NCBI GenBank assembly: GCA_050633305.1
Contig: JBOEGF010000020.1
Location: 131,305-195,304 of the forward strand
DNA length: 64,000 nucleotides
Direction of reading: 5' to 3'
DNA from: Nannocystales bacterium
GTDB taxonomy: Bacteria; Myxococcota_A; Polyangia; Nannocystales; Nannocystaceae
The first letter of the stretch is position 1. Every line of letters begins with the position of its first letter. Position numbers and translations under genes: made by a program. Under the pieces are notes generated by a model, which saw only the letters and a list, made by a program, of their open reading frames with translations, did no database searches and was not told the origin of the DNA. Positions 9,991-18,919 of this stretch are shown piece after piece.

Positions 9991-11676
9991 TCACCCTGCC
10001 TCCCGCCCCACGCAAACACGCGCCAGTACATACGCGTGGTCACTCGCCTTGCCGCCCATGGTCCCGGGATCAACACCATTCAACTCGTTGCCGTGCAGGA
10101 CCTCGTACTCCACCGCACCGGCCTCGAACGCGCGCTTCGGAACAACCCCGTGCATCAAGACCTGAAGCTGCCCACGGTGGTTGTAGTCGTACCGTTCGCT
10201 CGGCGGCAGGGTCTCCACCATGTTCACGCTGTCGTCCCCGCACAACGTGCGCAGGGTCGAGCTGAACTCGAAGTCGTTGAAGTCACCGGTGACGTAGTAG
10301 TCCAGGCCGGCTTCTTGGACCTCGTCCACGGCAGCGCGAACGACCCGCGCCTGCGACACACGGGTCTTCTCCTTCTCGTCGAAGCCGGGTCGCTCGGGGG
10401 CGAACACGCTGTTCTGGTGTCGCTTGCTGGCCAGGTGCACGTTGACGACGACGAGGTCTCGGTCCTGCCCCAGCACTTCAAAGCGGGCGAGCAAAGGTTT
10501 GCGTGAGCCTTCGAATGCATCAGTGCCATCGCCCAAGCGCCGCATGGACTTGCGGACCAGCTCCACCCGTTTTGGGTTGTAGAGGTACCCGTTGCGGATG
10601 TTACCGCCGGGCTGACCGCCATCGGCGTCGACCTCGGGGGGAATGTCCGCCCAGCGGTAGCTCGGGCCACCCAGACGCTTCACATCCTTGATCAGCTGCT
10701 TGTACGTCTCCGACGCGTCGACGACCGAGGTCAGCTCTGCGCCGTCGTTGTCCTGAATCTCTTGCAGCGCGACGATGTCGGGAGCCCCCGCCTCGTCCAC
10801 GATCGCCCGTGCGAGCATCTCGAAGCGGCCGTAGTGGATGTCGTCATCAATGTCGCGCTCCGGGTCCTTGACCATGTGGGCCCCCTCCACGTGCACGTCG
10901 AGGTTGAAGCCGTTGAGCGTGAGGACGGTGATGCCTTCCCCGTCGCTGGTGAGCGAGGCTTTGGGATAGACCACCGGCGGTACCTCGTCGACCTCAATGC
11001 TGCCCCGGGCCACGATTTGGTAGGCCTCGGAGCGGTAGTTCAGCGGCCCGACGACTCCGGAGCGTAGCGTCGCGCCCACGTTCACCGCCGGAGCGCGGTC
11101 GTAGTCCAGCATGCGGAATCCCGGAAGCCATCGGTGGGGACGCGAGGGGTCGATCACAACACCGCCGTGAACCGTGCGGGTGCCTCCGAGCCCGGGCGGA
11201 GCGCACACGTAGTCCGCGAACGGATTGCTCGGTGCGACAAATGTGGAGTCCTTTGGGATCCCGACGAGCATCCCCTCGAGGCCATTGAGGACTCGGGCGA
11301 GCTGCTCATCGTCATCGGGCAGGAACTCCGCGGTGAGCCACACCGGTTCGATCGAAGGCGCGTCCCCAGGAACGAGCTTCGCTTCGAAGGGCTTGAGCTG
11401 GGTCGTGGGTCGACCATTGTCGCCGCCCACGTAGTCGAGCACGCGCCCCTCGAGTTCGAGGTGCAACCCCACCTTGGCCTTTCGCCGCGGGCTGTAGACG
11501 AACACCGCGTCAGAGACGAGCGGATCATCGGAGCCCTCGGGGTCCTGCACGAAGTAGCCCCTGCGCGCGTGGCCGGTGACAACCCCCCGGATGCGCACGG
11601 TCTGACCCGCCATGGGGGAGAGGAGGCCAGGTCCCTGGATGGCGCAGATTCGAGTCAAGGGGAGCATGTCCGTCAC
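9991..11676 (-). CDS. OB-fold plus endonuclease/exonuclease/phosphatase (EEP) family nuclease
   Basis: IQG...GVVT..GYFVQD OB-fold motif; DIVALQEIQDN, GGNIR, NVHLASK, GDFNDF, SDH. Confidence 0.9.
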   Translation of the reverse strand: MTDMLPLTRICAIQGPGLLSPMAGQTVRIRGVVTGHARRGYFVQDPEGSDDPLVSDAVFVYSPRRKAKVGLHLELEGRVLDYVGGDNGRPTTQLKPFEAKLVPGDAPSIEPVWLTAEFLPDDDEQLARVLNGLEGMLVGIPKDSTFVAPSNPFADYVCAPPGLGGTRTVHGGVVIDPSRPHRWLPGFRMLDYDRAPAVNVGATLRSGVVGPLNYRSEAYQIVARGSIEVDEVPPVVYPKASLTSDGEGITVLTLNGFNLDVHVEGAHMVKDPERDIDDDIHYGRFEMLARAIVDEAGAPDIVALQEIQDNDGAELTSVVDASETYKQLIKDVKRLGGPSYRWADIPPEVDADGGQPGGNIRNGYLYNPKRVELVRKSMRRLGDGTDAFEGSRKPLLARFEVLGQDRDLVVVNVHLASKRHQNSVFAPERPGFDEKEKTRVSQARVVRAAVDEVQEAGLDYYVTGDFNDFEFSSTLRTLCGDDSVNMVETLPPSERYDYNHRGQLQVLMHGVVPKRAFEAGAVEYEVLHGNELNGVDPGTMGGKASDHAYVLARVCVGREAG

Positions 11677-11970
11677 GCGCGGGATGATAACGCCGGGTGG
11701 AGGGTGAGACCGGTCGGTTCAGCTCGCGCCCGGTCGGGCCCTGGCATGAAGAGTCGTAGGCGGCGGCCACCTGCCAAGTGAGCTCGAGCCGCCGAGTTCG
11801 GGACACCCCGGTCGCCGCGCGGAGTGAGGGCCCGCTCGCGGCCACTCGAGTCGGGGATGGGATCACGCATCGAGGACGAACCGCGGGACCAATCTGCGAT
11901 ACGATCTCCCGCGCACCTCGTGCGGCTGCTCAGAGGAAGAGTCTCGCAGTGACGCGGCGACGGGGATCCA

Positions 11971-12312
11971 ATGGAGCGTTCCGCCATCCCTCCCGCCCCG
12001 CAACGACTGAGTTGGGTGCTCGGACTGGCACTGGTCGTGCCGGGATGCGGTGCCGTCGTGCCGGGTCCGAGTCCAGGGAACGAGAGCAGCGAAGGGACCA
12101 ACGGAGGGCTCGCACCGGGTGCGGACCCGCGCGAGGAATGGTCTCGGACGTGCATGCTGCCCCCCCGGGACAGCGGTTTCGATGGACCCGGAGACAGCTG
12201 CGACAACTGCCCGCTGGTCCCCGACCCCACGCTCGAGACCTACGTCGATGACGAGGGCATGCACTGGCCCAATGACGGCGCAGCCTGCAACGGCGACTTT
12301 CGTTGCCAGTAG
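11971..12312 (+). CDS. Small Cys-containing lipoprotein with a thrombospondin type-3-like motif
   Basis: Lipobox LVVPGC; GDSCDNCPLVPDP and DGAAC. Confidence 0.55.
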   Translation: MERSAIPPAPQRLSWVLGLALVVPGCGAVVPGPSPGNESSEGTNGGLAPGADPREEWSRTCMLPPRDSGFDGPGDSCDNCPLVPDPTLETYVDDEGMHWPNDGAACNGDFRCQ

Positions 12313-12353
12313 GGGCTCGCGTCAGAGGCGAGCATCGCAGGAATCGCGCTCCA

Positions 12354-13121
12354 CTACCGCAACGAGGTGGGCCGCGGGCTGAAGCGATCCATGACCCAAC
12401 GGGTGATCCCAGGAAAGAACCGAGCCACCGTGTACACCCGCGGGTAGATCACCCGCGCGTTGCGACGCTCGATCGCAAACAGAATCCGCTCTGCGAGTTG
12501 CGTCGTGTTTCCGACCGGCAGTCCCTTGGTTGGATCCTTTGGGTATCGGTCCACCGCCGCACTGGCCATGTCGGTCTCCACGGGCCCCGGATAAACCGTG
12601 ACCACATGCACCCCGCGGGGAGCCACCTCGGCCCGTAGGGCCTCAGACGCCGCAGCCAGTGCAGCCTTCGACGCGCTGTAGTGAACCATGCCCAGCGTGG
12701 GAGCGAGTGCAGCCAGCGAAGCGATGTCGACGATCGTGCCTTGGCCCCGTTCGAGCATCCGCGGCAAGACAAGCAGCGTCAGCCGGAAGGGGGCGAACAC
12801 ATTGACCGTCAGCAACCGTTCCCCCTCTTCGACAGAGATCTCGGGCGTGGGACCCACCACCTGAATCCCTGCGTTGTTCACCAGCACGTCGATCGGGCCC
12901 AGCGCTTCCTCGGCGGCGTCGACAAGCTCCGCGAGCGAGTCGAGGGCGGAGAGATCCGCAACCAGACACTGCGCCTTGACCGTGCCGTGCAACTCGGAAG
13001 CGACCCGCTCGAGTTCCGGCTCACGACGCGCCACGAGTGTGAGGTCGTATCCGGCGGCGGCCAGTCGCTTGGCGATCGCCTCGCCGATCCCAGCGGAGGC
13101 TCCAGTCACGAGGGCGTGCAT
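12354..13121 (-). CDS. Short-chain dehydrogenase/reductase
   Basis: TGASAGIG, NNAG, YSASK, PGPVET. Confidence 0.93.
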   Translation of the reverse strand: MHALVTGASAGIGEAIAKRLAAAGYDLTLVARREPELERVASELHGTVKAQCLVADLSALDSLAELVDAAEEALGPIDVLVNNAGIQVVGPTPEISVEEGERLLTVNVFAPFRLTLLVLPRMLERGQGTIVDIASLAALAPTLGMVHYSASKAALAAASEALRAEVAPRGVHVVTVYPGPVETDMASAAVDRYPKDPTKGLPVGNTTQLAERILFAIERRNARVIYPRVYTVARFFPGITRWVMDRFSPRPTSLR

Positions 13122-13208
13122 CAGCCGGAGCATATACCGCTGGCGAAGGAAACCACCGCCCCCGCCCAGCGTCGCCACGGCGCCTTCGGCCAAACGCGGG
13201 GACGCCAG

Positions 13209-13919
13209 TCATTGACACAGTTGCCCGGACGCCTGCACGTTGATGACCCACTGCTCGTTCGGGCTGCCGACGCAGTCGTAATCCTGCACCCACTCCGGGT
13301 CGATGTGACCGTAGGGGATGTTGAGGCAACGACTGGTTCCGCGGCTCTGGAGCACCCAGATCCCGGGGGCTGCTCCGGCGTTGTAGTCGACGAAAGCCTG
13401 ACTGTCAGTCGGTCCGCAAGCGACCTGCCGCAGCCAGCCATTGTTGGAGTGCAGGCACAGGCCGGTCAGTTCGTTCTCGAAGCGCAAGACTGTTTGGTTC
13501 GTGCTCAGGTCGACGCTCGCCTGTACATCCCATTGCTGGGCCGGGCCGTAGTCGCAGTACTCCTGACGCACATAGGACCAGTTGGCAGAGCCGTGGGCCT
13601 GGAGACACATACCGCTGTTGACCTGAACGATGATCGCCTCGCCCCCAACGTAGCCCGCCACTGGGTCGAGGTTCGCCGAGAGGTCGAGGTCGAGGTCGGG
13701 CGAACGGCCGGGAGGCGCGACGGCCGGCCCCACCTCTTCGCCGTCGGCGTCGACGATAGAGTACGCCGAGGCCAGCGGGTGGGCGTCGTCGTCCTCGAAC
13801 TCTTCGGTCGCCGCCGGGTCGGCGTCGTCGAGGGACTCTTCATGAAGGACGGACGACTCATCGCAGGCAGCGAGGAGTACGAGAGAAGCGAGGGATGCGA
13901 ACCTGATGCGGCGTGCCAT
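13209..13919 (-). CDS. Ricin-B (beta-trefoil) lectin domain lipoprotein
   Basis: Lipobox LLAAC; three repeats SGMCL..QQW, TGLCL..QAF and SRCL..NEQW. Confidence 0.85.
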   Translation of the reverse strand: MARRIRFASLASLVLLAACDESSVLHEESLDDADPAATEEFEDDDAHPLASAYSIVDADGEEVGPAVAPPGRSPDLDLDLSANLDPVAGYVGGEAIIVQVNSGMCLQAHGSANWSYVRQEYCDYGPAQQWDVQASVDLSTNQTVLRFENELTGLCLHSNNGWLRQVACGPTDSQAFVDYNAGAAPGIWVLQSRGTSRCLNIPYGHIDPEWVQDYDCVGSPNEQWVINVQASGQLCQ

Positions 13920-13935
13920 AGATACGCACAGCCTC

Positions 13936-13951
13936 TGCAACGCCCGTACCG
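13936..13951 (-). promoter_or_regulatory. Sigma-54 -24/-12 promoter of the lectin gene
   Basis: Minus strand CGGTACGGGCGTTGCA has GG-N10-GC and is close to the consensus TGGCACG-N4-TTGC. Confidence 0.65.
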
Positions 13952-14169
13952 CAGAAGAGTTCCGGTAGGACCGCACGAATCGTCACACTTTGGAACCGCC
14001 CAACGTCCCGCGGCCGGTGTGACACCAGGGGCCCGTCCCATGGGACCTGTGACATCAACTGTCCGCACCCTTCATCAGCGAGTCGCGTCAGAGCGCGGCT
14101 TCGATGTCGGTCGCAACGTGTCAGGCGGCGACGCTCGAACTTCTGGCGGTGAGATCAGTCTCGGCGCGG

Positions 14170-14808
14170 CTACGCGCGACGCAAGCAGGCACCGCGGTGA
14201 TCGAGGGTCCAGCGTCCGACCGCCGTGCCGCGCTCGAAGTGATAGTGGGACTGCCACAGGTTTCCGCGGCGGGCGTCGTGCTCCGTGCTCGCGCGCTGGT
14301 CCAAAACCGCAGTCAGCCGACGAAGGGCCCGGGCGCGGTTGAGATGCTGCGACCGTTCGGACGCCGCACGGACACAGACACCCGTGGGTTTGTGCCGCAC
14401 CCGCACAGCAGAGTTCGTCGTATTGACATGCTGCCCCCCCGGACCGCCGGCGCGAGCCGTCCGAATCTCCAGGTCGCGTGGATCGAGTCGTGTTGCTTCG
14501 CTCGAGCGCAGCGCCTCGTGAAGGCTCACTCCTGCGAACCAACGCTTGCGATCACCGCGGCCTCGAGTCGCACTCCGAGCGACCAGGACGTGCGTGCCGA
14601 CCTTGTCACCAACCACCGCCGCGACATCGCCCTCCACGTGGAGTTGCACAGAGCGGGGCGTAGCTGGCTCGCCCTGCGTCACGACCTCGCGCAGCACCAA
14701 ACCCGCCGCAGCGCAGTCGCTGGCCAGTCGCTCCGCCAGCAGAGCAACGAACCGCCGAACCTCCAAAGGTCCGGACCCAGCGGTGATCTGAAGCGTCCAG
14801 GCGCTCAT
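14170..14808 (-). CDS. prfH: Peptide chain release factor H-like protein
   Basis: LQITAGSGP..., RKRWFAG, GGPGGQHVNTTNSAVR and ERSQHLNR. ATG overlaps the rtcB stop (ATGA at 14808-14805). Confidence 0.88.
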   Translation of the reverse strand: MSAWTLQITAGSGPLEVRRFVALLAERLASDCAAAGLVLREVVTQGEPATPRSVQLHVEGDVAAVVGDKVGTHVLVARSATRGRGDRKRWFAGVSLHEALRSSEATRLDPRDLEIRTARAGGPGGQHVNTTNSAVRVRHKPTGVCVRAASERSQHLNRARALRRLTAVLDQRASTEHDARRGNLWQSHYHFERGTAVGRWTLDHRGACLRRA

Positions 14809-16031
14809 TTCTTCACCGTCAGCAGCGGTTGGATGCTCGCGACGCGGTCGGCAAGCTCGGCCTCTTCGAGGCTGGCGATGACCGGCTCGATCGGCTTGTA
14901 CGCATCCGGGTGTTCCTCGTAGAGGAGCTTCGTGTCGTCGCAGATGGCGATGCCACCGTTGGGCGAATGACTCAGCTCCTTGCGGCGATAGCGAGCGCGG
15001 ATCTTCTCGCGCGCCTCGGACCGCTGCATCTTTCGACCGGCACCATGCGCCACCGAGGACAACCCCGCATCGTTGCCGCGTCCCCGCATGACCCACGAAC
15101 ACGCGCCACGACTCCCCAAGACGACAGTCGGTTGGTCGAGCTTGGCCGGGGCGCATCCCTTGCGGTGGACCCACGACGCATCACCACCGCAACACTCGTC
15201 GGTGACCGTGTTGTGGACCACGTCGAACGCGTGAGCGATCTTGGTGCGACGCGCGAGCCCGAGTGCACTGAGCACTCGCCAGGCCAACACCACTCGGTTT
15301 GCCCGGGCAAAACGAACCGCGCCCGCGAGCGCAGCGAGGTACTCGCCGGCATCACCCGCACGCAGTTCATGCGACGCCCAACGATCGGACAGAGCCTTGC
15401 CCAGGCCACGAGAACCGGAGTGACACAACACCGCCAGCATCCTTGGCTCGAGTCCCAGGGCCTCCGCCGCCTGAGGGTCGACAACCGTGCCGACCCGACC
15501 GACCTCCGCGAAGTGGTTGCCACCGCCGATCGTGCCGAGCATGCCGGGCAGATGAACATCGGGAAGTGGACCACTGGGAACATCCGTGTCGTCCTCATTC
15601 AATCGCTCGACGATCGCCGACACCGCATCGGGCAGATCGAAGTCGAGCAGGCCACGAGGACCCCGCTCCCAAACCGCCCGGCACAACTCGCGTGCGTCCA
15701 GGTGAGAGAGCGGGTCGTCGTCAAACTCGGCGCGTGCACGACGTTCGGTGCTCGACGAGAACTTGTTGCTACGCAGGGCGACCACGATGGCGCCACATCC
15801 GGCATCACTGCCGATCAGACGTGGCCGCACCGACTGTGCGAACGCGAAGGCTGCACCGATCGGGATTCCGGGACCGGGGTGAAGGTCAGGCATGCCGACT
15901 GCACGGACACAGTCCGGGTCGGCCGCCGTCGCGTGCAGCTGGCGAATCGCTTCGCCTTCCAGCCACACGTCGGGGTTGGCGACGATGTGAGCGCACGGGC
16001 TCGTCTCGCCGGGAGGTTGTGAAGTGCCCAT
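14805..16031 (-). CDS. rtcB: RNA ligase RtcB2 (release-factor-H-coupled RtcB)
   Basis: GMPDLHPG, GSDAGCG, GTIGGGNHFAE, HSGSRG, HN, HRKG, HGAGR and EEHPDAYK are all intact; adjacent to prfH. Confidence 0.93.
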   Translation of the reverse strand: MGTSQPPGETSPCAHIVANPDVWLEGEAIRQLHATAADPDCVRAVGMPDLHPGPGIPIGAAFAFAQSVRPRLIGSDAGCGAIVVALRSNKFSSSTERRARAEFDDDPLSHLDARELCRAVWERGPRGLLDFDLPDAVSAIVERLNEDDTDVPSGPLPDVHLPGMLGTIGGGNHFAEVGRVGTVVDPQAAEALGLEPRMLAVLCHSGSRGLGKALSDRWASHELRAGDAGEYLAALAGAVRFARANRVVLAWRVLSALGLARRTKIAHAFDVVHNTVTDECCGGDASWVHRKGCAPAKLDQPTVVLGSRGACSWVMRGRGNDAGLSSVAHGAGRKMQRSEAREKIRARYRRKELSHSPNGGIAICDDTKLLYEEHPDAYKPIEPVIASLEEAELADRVASIQPLLTVKK

Positions 16032-16045
16032 TGCAGCTCCGATGA

Positions 16046-16062
16046 AGCACGGACTGTTCCAA
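16046..16062 (-). promoter_or_regulatory. Sigma-54 -24/-12 promoter of rtcB2-prfH
   Basis: Minus strand TTGGAACAGTCCGTGCT has GG-N10-GC, in an AT-rich spacer shared with a divergent sigma-54 activator. Confidence 0.65.
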
Positions 16063-16160
16063 CCGTAAGTATATGAAAACACTACGACCGCAGCTACAAT
16101 ATGATCCACCGCTCACCACAAAAACGGTGCAGAACAACGCGAAATGGTACAGTTTTCACC

Positions 16161-17678
16161 ATGCCGCGAACGCTCGTGAGCTGGTCCGACCGCGGCGTCG
16201 CCGGACCCAAGCCGCGACACCACGGGGCTCGGGCGACGCGGGACCGCGGGCCCTTGCTCCGACTGGTCGAACAGCCCGAGTCCCAGCGCCTCTACGACAA
16301 GGCACTGGTGCTGACCAGCGAAGCCGGAGAGCTCCCCGCCCGCGCCCTGGTCGAGGAGCTCGAGGCCCGCATCCCCGAAGTCGAGCTTGTCACCGTGGCA
16401 CTCACCGACCCTTCGGACTACGCCGAGTTGTACGCCACACTGCAGCCGACCCTCGGGCGTCTGTCGCAAATGCCGAGCATCGATGTGGTGCTCTCGGCCG
16501 GGACTCCGCAGATGCAGACCCTGTGGTTGATCGCGGTCAAGGCCGGTCTCTTCGCGGCTCGAATGCTGCAGGTCATCCCCGCCGACTTCGTGCCCTCGGT
16601 TCACCCCAACGTGATCCGTGTGGTGGAGCTGGACATCGAGGGGTTTCCGGAGATCCGTGCACTCCGCGACGAGCTCGTTCGCCTCCGCGCGCACTCGCGG
16701 ATCTTGGGCGGGAATCTGGTAGGCGACAGCGAGCCCATGCGTGCACTCGGCAACCGACTGGGCCGTGTCGCACCAACCGACCTACCCGTCCTGATTCACG
16801 GAGAAACGGGGACCGGCAAAGAACTCGTCGCCCGCTGTGTGCACGACAGTAGTCATCGCGCGTCCGGCCCGCTCATCACCGAAAACTGTGGCGCACTCAC
16901 GGAAAGTGTCCTCGCCAGCGAGCTGTTCGGGCACGAACGCGGAGCCTTCACGGGTGCCGCCTACGCCAAGCGCGGCCTGTTCGAGCTGGCCCACGGTGGC
17001 ACGTTGTTTTTGGATGAGATCGGCGAGCTGAGCCCTCGCGTTCAGGTGAACCTGCTTCGAGTGCTGCAAGACGGCAGTTTACGTCGACTCGGCAGCGAGA
17101 AACTCATCACGGTCGATGTGCGAATCGTGGCGGCGACGCACCGCGACCTCCTCGCCATGGTTCGCGAAGGCACGTTCCGCGAAGACCTCTATTATCGACT
17201 GCAGGGCGCCACCCTGACCGTGCCCCCGCTACGACAACGGCTCGAGGACCTCGAACCGCTGGTCGCCCACTTCCTGAGCGAGGTCAACAGCGAACTCAAG
17301 GTCACTCGTGAAGCATGGGCTGTTGTGCGCGGTTACGCATGGCCCGGCAACGTCCGTGAACTGCGGGCCGAAGTTCTGCGCTGGCACGTCTTTTGTGATC
17401 GCTGGGTCCGCGCCGAGGACCTCGACCCGAAGCTGAGCGCATCGCCGGCGCCCCCCACCCACGCCACCGCGGTGACGGAGCTTGCTCCGCTGGCCGACAC
17501 CGTCACCCAAGCCGAACGCACCGCGATTTCCCACGCGTTGGAGCACTGCCAGGGAAACCTGTCGCAGACCGCACGGGCATTGCACATCGACCGGAACACG
17601 CTCAAGCGAAAGATCCGGACGCTGGGGATCGTGCACCAACGACTCCCCCGGGGCCGTCCCCCCGAGTCCCCTGTCTAG
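16161..17678 (+). CDS. rtcR: RtcR-like sigma-54-dependent activator (CARF-type N-domain, AAA+, Fis-type HTH)
   Basis: N-domain EVELVTVALTDPSDYAELYATL and SAGTPQMQTLW..ARMLQ resembles the RtcR N-terminus; GETGTGKE, GAFTGA, LFLDEIG, WPGNVREL; C-terminal HTH. Confidence 0.85.
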   Translation: MPRTLVSWSDRGVAGPKPRHHGARATRDRGPLLRLVEQPESQRLYDKALVLTSEAGELPARALVEELEARIPEVELVTVALTDPSDYAELYATLQPTLGRLSQMPSIDVVLSAGTPQMQTLWLIAVKAGLFAARMLQVIPADFVPSVHPNVIRVVELDIEGFPEIRALRDELVRLRAHSRILGGNLVGDSEPMRALGNRLGRVAPTDLPVLIHGETGTGKELVARCVHDSSHRASGPLITENCGALTESVLASELFGHERGAFTGAAYAKRGLFELAHGGTLFLDEIGELSPRVQVNLLRVLQDGSLRRLGSEKLITVDVRIVAATHRDLLAMVREGTFREDLYYRLQGATLTVPPLRQRLEDLEPLVAHFLSEVNSELKVTREAWAVVRGYAWPGNVRELRAEVLRWHVFCDRWVRAEDLDPKLSASPAPPTHATAVTELAPLADTVTQAERTAISHALEHCQGNLSQTARALHIDRNTLKRKIRTLGIVHQRLPRGRPPESPV

Positions 17679-17782
17679 GGGCCGCCCCCAATTCGATGAA
17701 ACGGCCATAGCGGCGCCCCCAGAGCCGATGCCGTCGTTCCTCATCGGTTGCTTGCGCCCGACAAATTGGGGACGGCCCCTAG
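17675..17782. mobile_element. MITE-like element with 19-bp inverted ends that include CTAG
   Basis: CTAGGGGCCGCCCCCAATT (17675-17693) and AATTGGGGACGGCCCCTAG (17764-17782), one mismatch; no coding content inside. Confidence 0.6.
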
Positions 17783-18919
17783 CTAGTTGCAGACCGTCGC
17801 GACCTCTGAGCACACGGTCTTCCATTCGACGCATGCCCCTTCGTAGACAAAGGAGGCGATAACGTATCCTTCCTCGTCCACCTGGCCGTCCTCCGAATCG
17901 TCGATTCGGCCCTCGCCATCAGGGCAATCAACCGGTTCGGCGATCACCTCAGTGTCGCTACATTCTGACCAGCATACACTGGTGTCGAGTTCTTCGAAGG
18001 GATCGATGTCGAGTTCCGCAGCGGCCGCCTCCACGTCGCAGATATACTGCTCCTGCTGCAGGGTGTGGAGATTCCACGTTCGGTCGACAAGTTCGACGCT
18101 ATCCACGAACGCGTACGCGTTCTGAGTAACGGCCTGCGGATTCCAAGTCATGCTCGCCGTGGCAAAGCCGACACTTGTAGGAAGAGTTCCGAGCGCCATC
18201 CCCAGAGCCGCGACTTGCGCCTGAAGCATCCCTTTGCCGAATGTCGTAGCATTTTCCCAGCCATCATATTTACGAACAGCCGCTTTGTGACAAGGAGACA
18301 TATCCTCCTCGCCGTCTTCGATCAAGAACCAGTGGTAGTCAAACATAGCCACATCGTTCTCGTCGTACAGAACAAGCCGGGCATCTTGAGTCCCCGGAGT
18401 CCCCACCTGCTCAGTCTCATAGCTGCCAATGAAGTCCATGTCGAAGACGATCGTCGGCGCGCCGAACACCGAGATTGCTTTCTTGCTAAACCAGTAGATG
18501 TCGGTGTATGAACGCTGCGTCCACGTAGCCGAGTTTTTGTCGTAGACGTTGCTCATCTCGGACTCAAGACGCATCACGGTAGAATAACCCGCGTAGCACG
18601 CATCTCCAGCAAGGAGAGGCAAGCAAGGGGTCGAGGAGAGCATTCGAGACGTCCGCTGATTGGAGGAGTCCTGCGTGATCACATTCACACAGTTCGATTC
18701 TTCGATCCCGTCACCGTTCGTGTCACACTTACTCCACGCGACCAGCTGCTCCCCTTCAGCGTCGACGAGGTTCTGGACGAGAAAGCTCCCTAGATAGGCG
18801 CCATCAAAGGTTGTGTACGTGGCAGGTGCGGCCTGACTTTCGCTCGGAGACCCATAGAGCAGGGTACTCGCGACCAGGGCGGATGCGGAGAGGATGTTAC
18901 GGAACGAACAAGGGCTCAT
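17783..18919 (-). CDS. Secreted hypothetical protein, low GC
   Basis: Sec-type signal ending SQAA; 378-aa ORF with acidic Cys-rich tail; 27/60 GC at 18241-18300. Confidence 0.75.
   Translation of the reverse strand: MSPCSFRNILSASALVASTLLYGSPSESQAAPATYTTFDGAYLGSFLVQNLVDAEGEQLVAWSKCDTNGDGIEESNCVNVITQDSSNQRTSRMLSSTPCLPLLAGDACYAGYSTVMRLESEMSNVYDKNSATWTQRSYTDIYWFSKKAISVFGAPTIVFDMDFIGSYETEQVGTPGTQDARLVLYDENDVAMFDYHWFLIEDGEEDMSPCHKAAVRKYDGWENATTFGKGMLQAQVAALGMALGTLPTSVGFATASMTWNPQAVTQNAYAFVDSVELVDRTWNLHTLQQEQYICDVEAAAAELDIDPFEELDTSVCWSECSDTEVIAEPVDCPDGEGRIDDSEDGQVDEEGYVIASFVYEGACVEWKTVCSEVATVCN

Noticed and set aside
12681..14342. Long 553-aa plus-strand ORF, and similar long ORFs such as 19239-21077, 45551-47272, 48944-50398 and 56597-58159
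   Set aside because: Antisense shadows of well-supported genes, expected in high-GC DNA; no motifs of their own.
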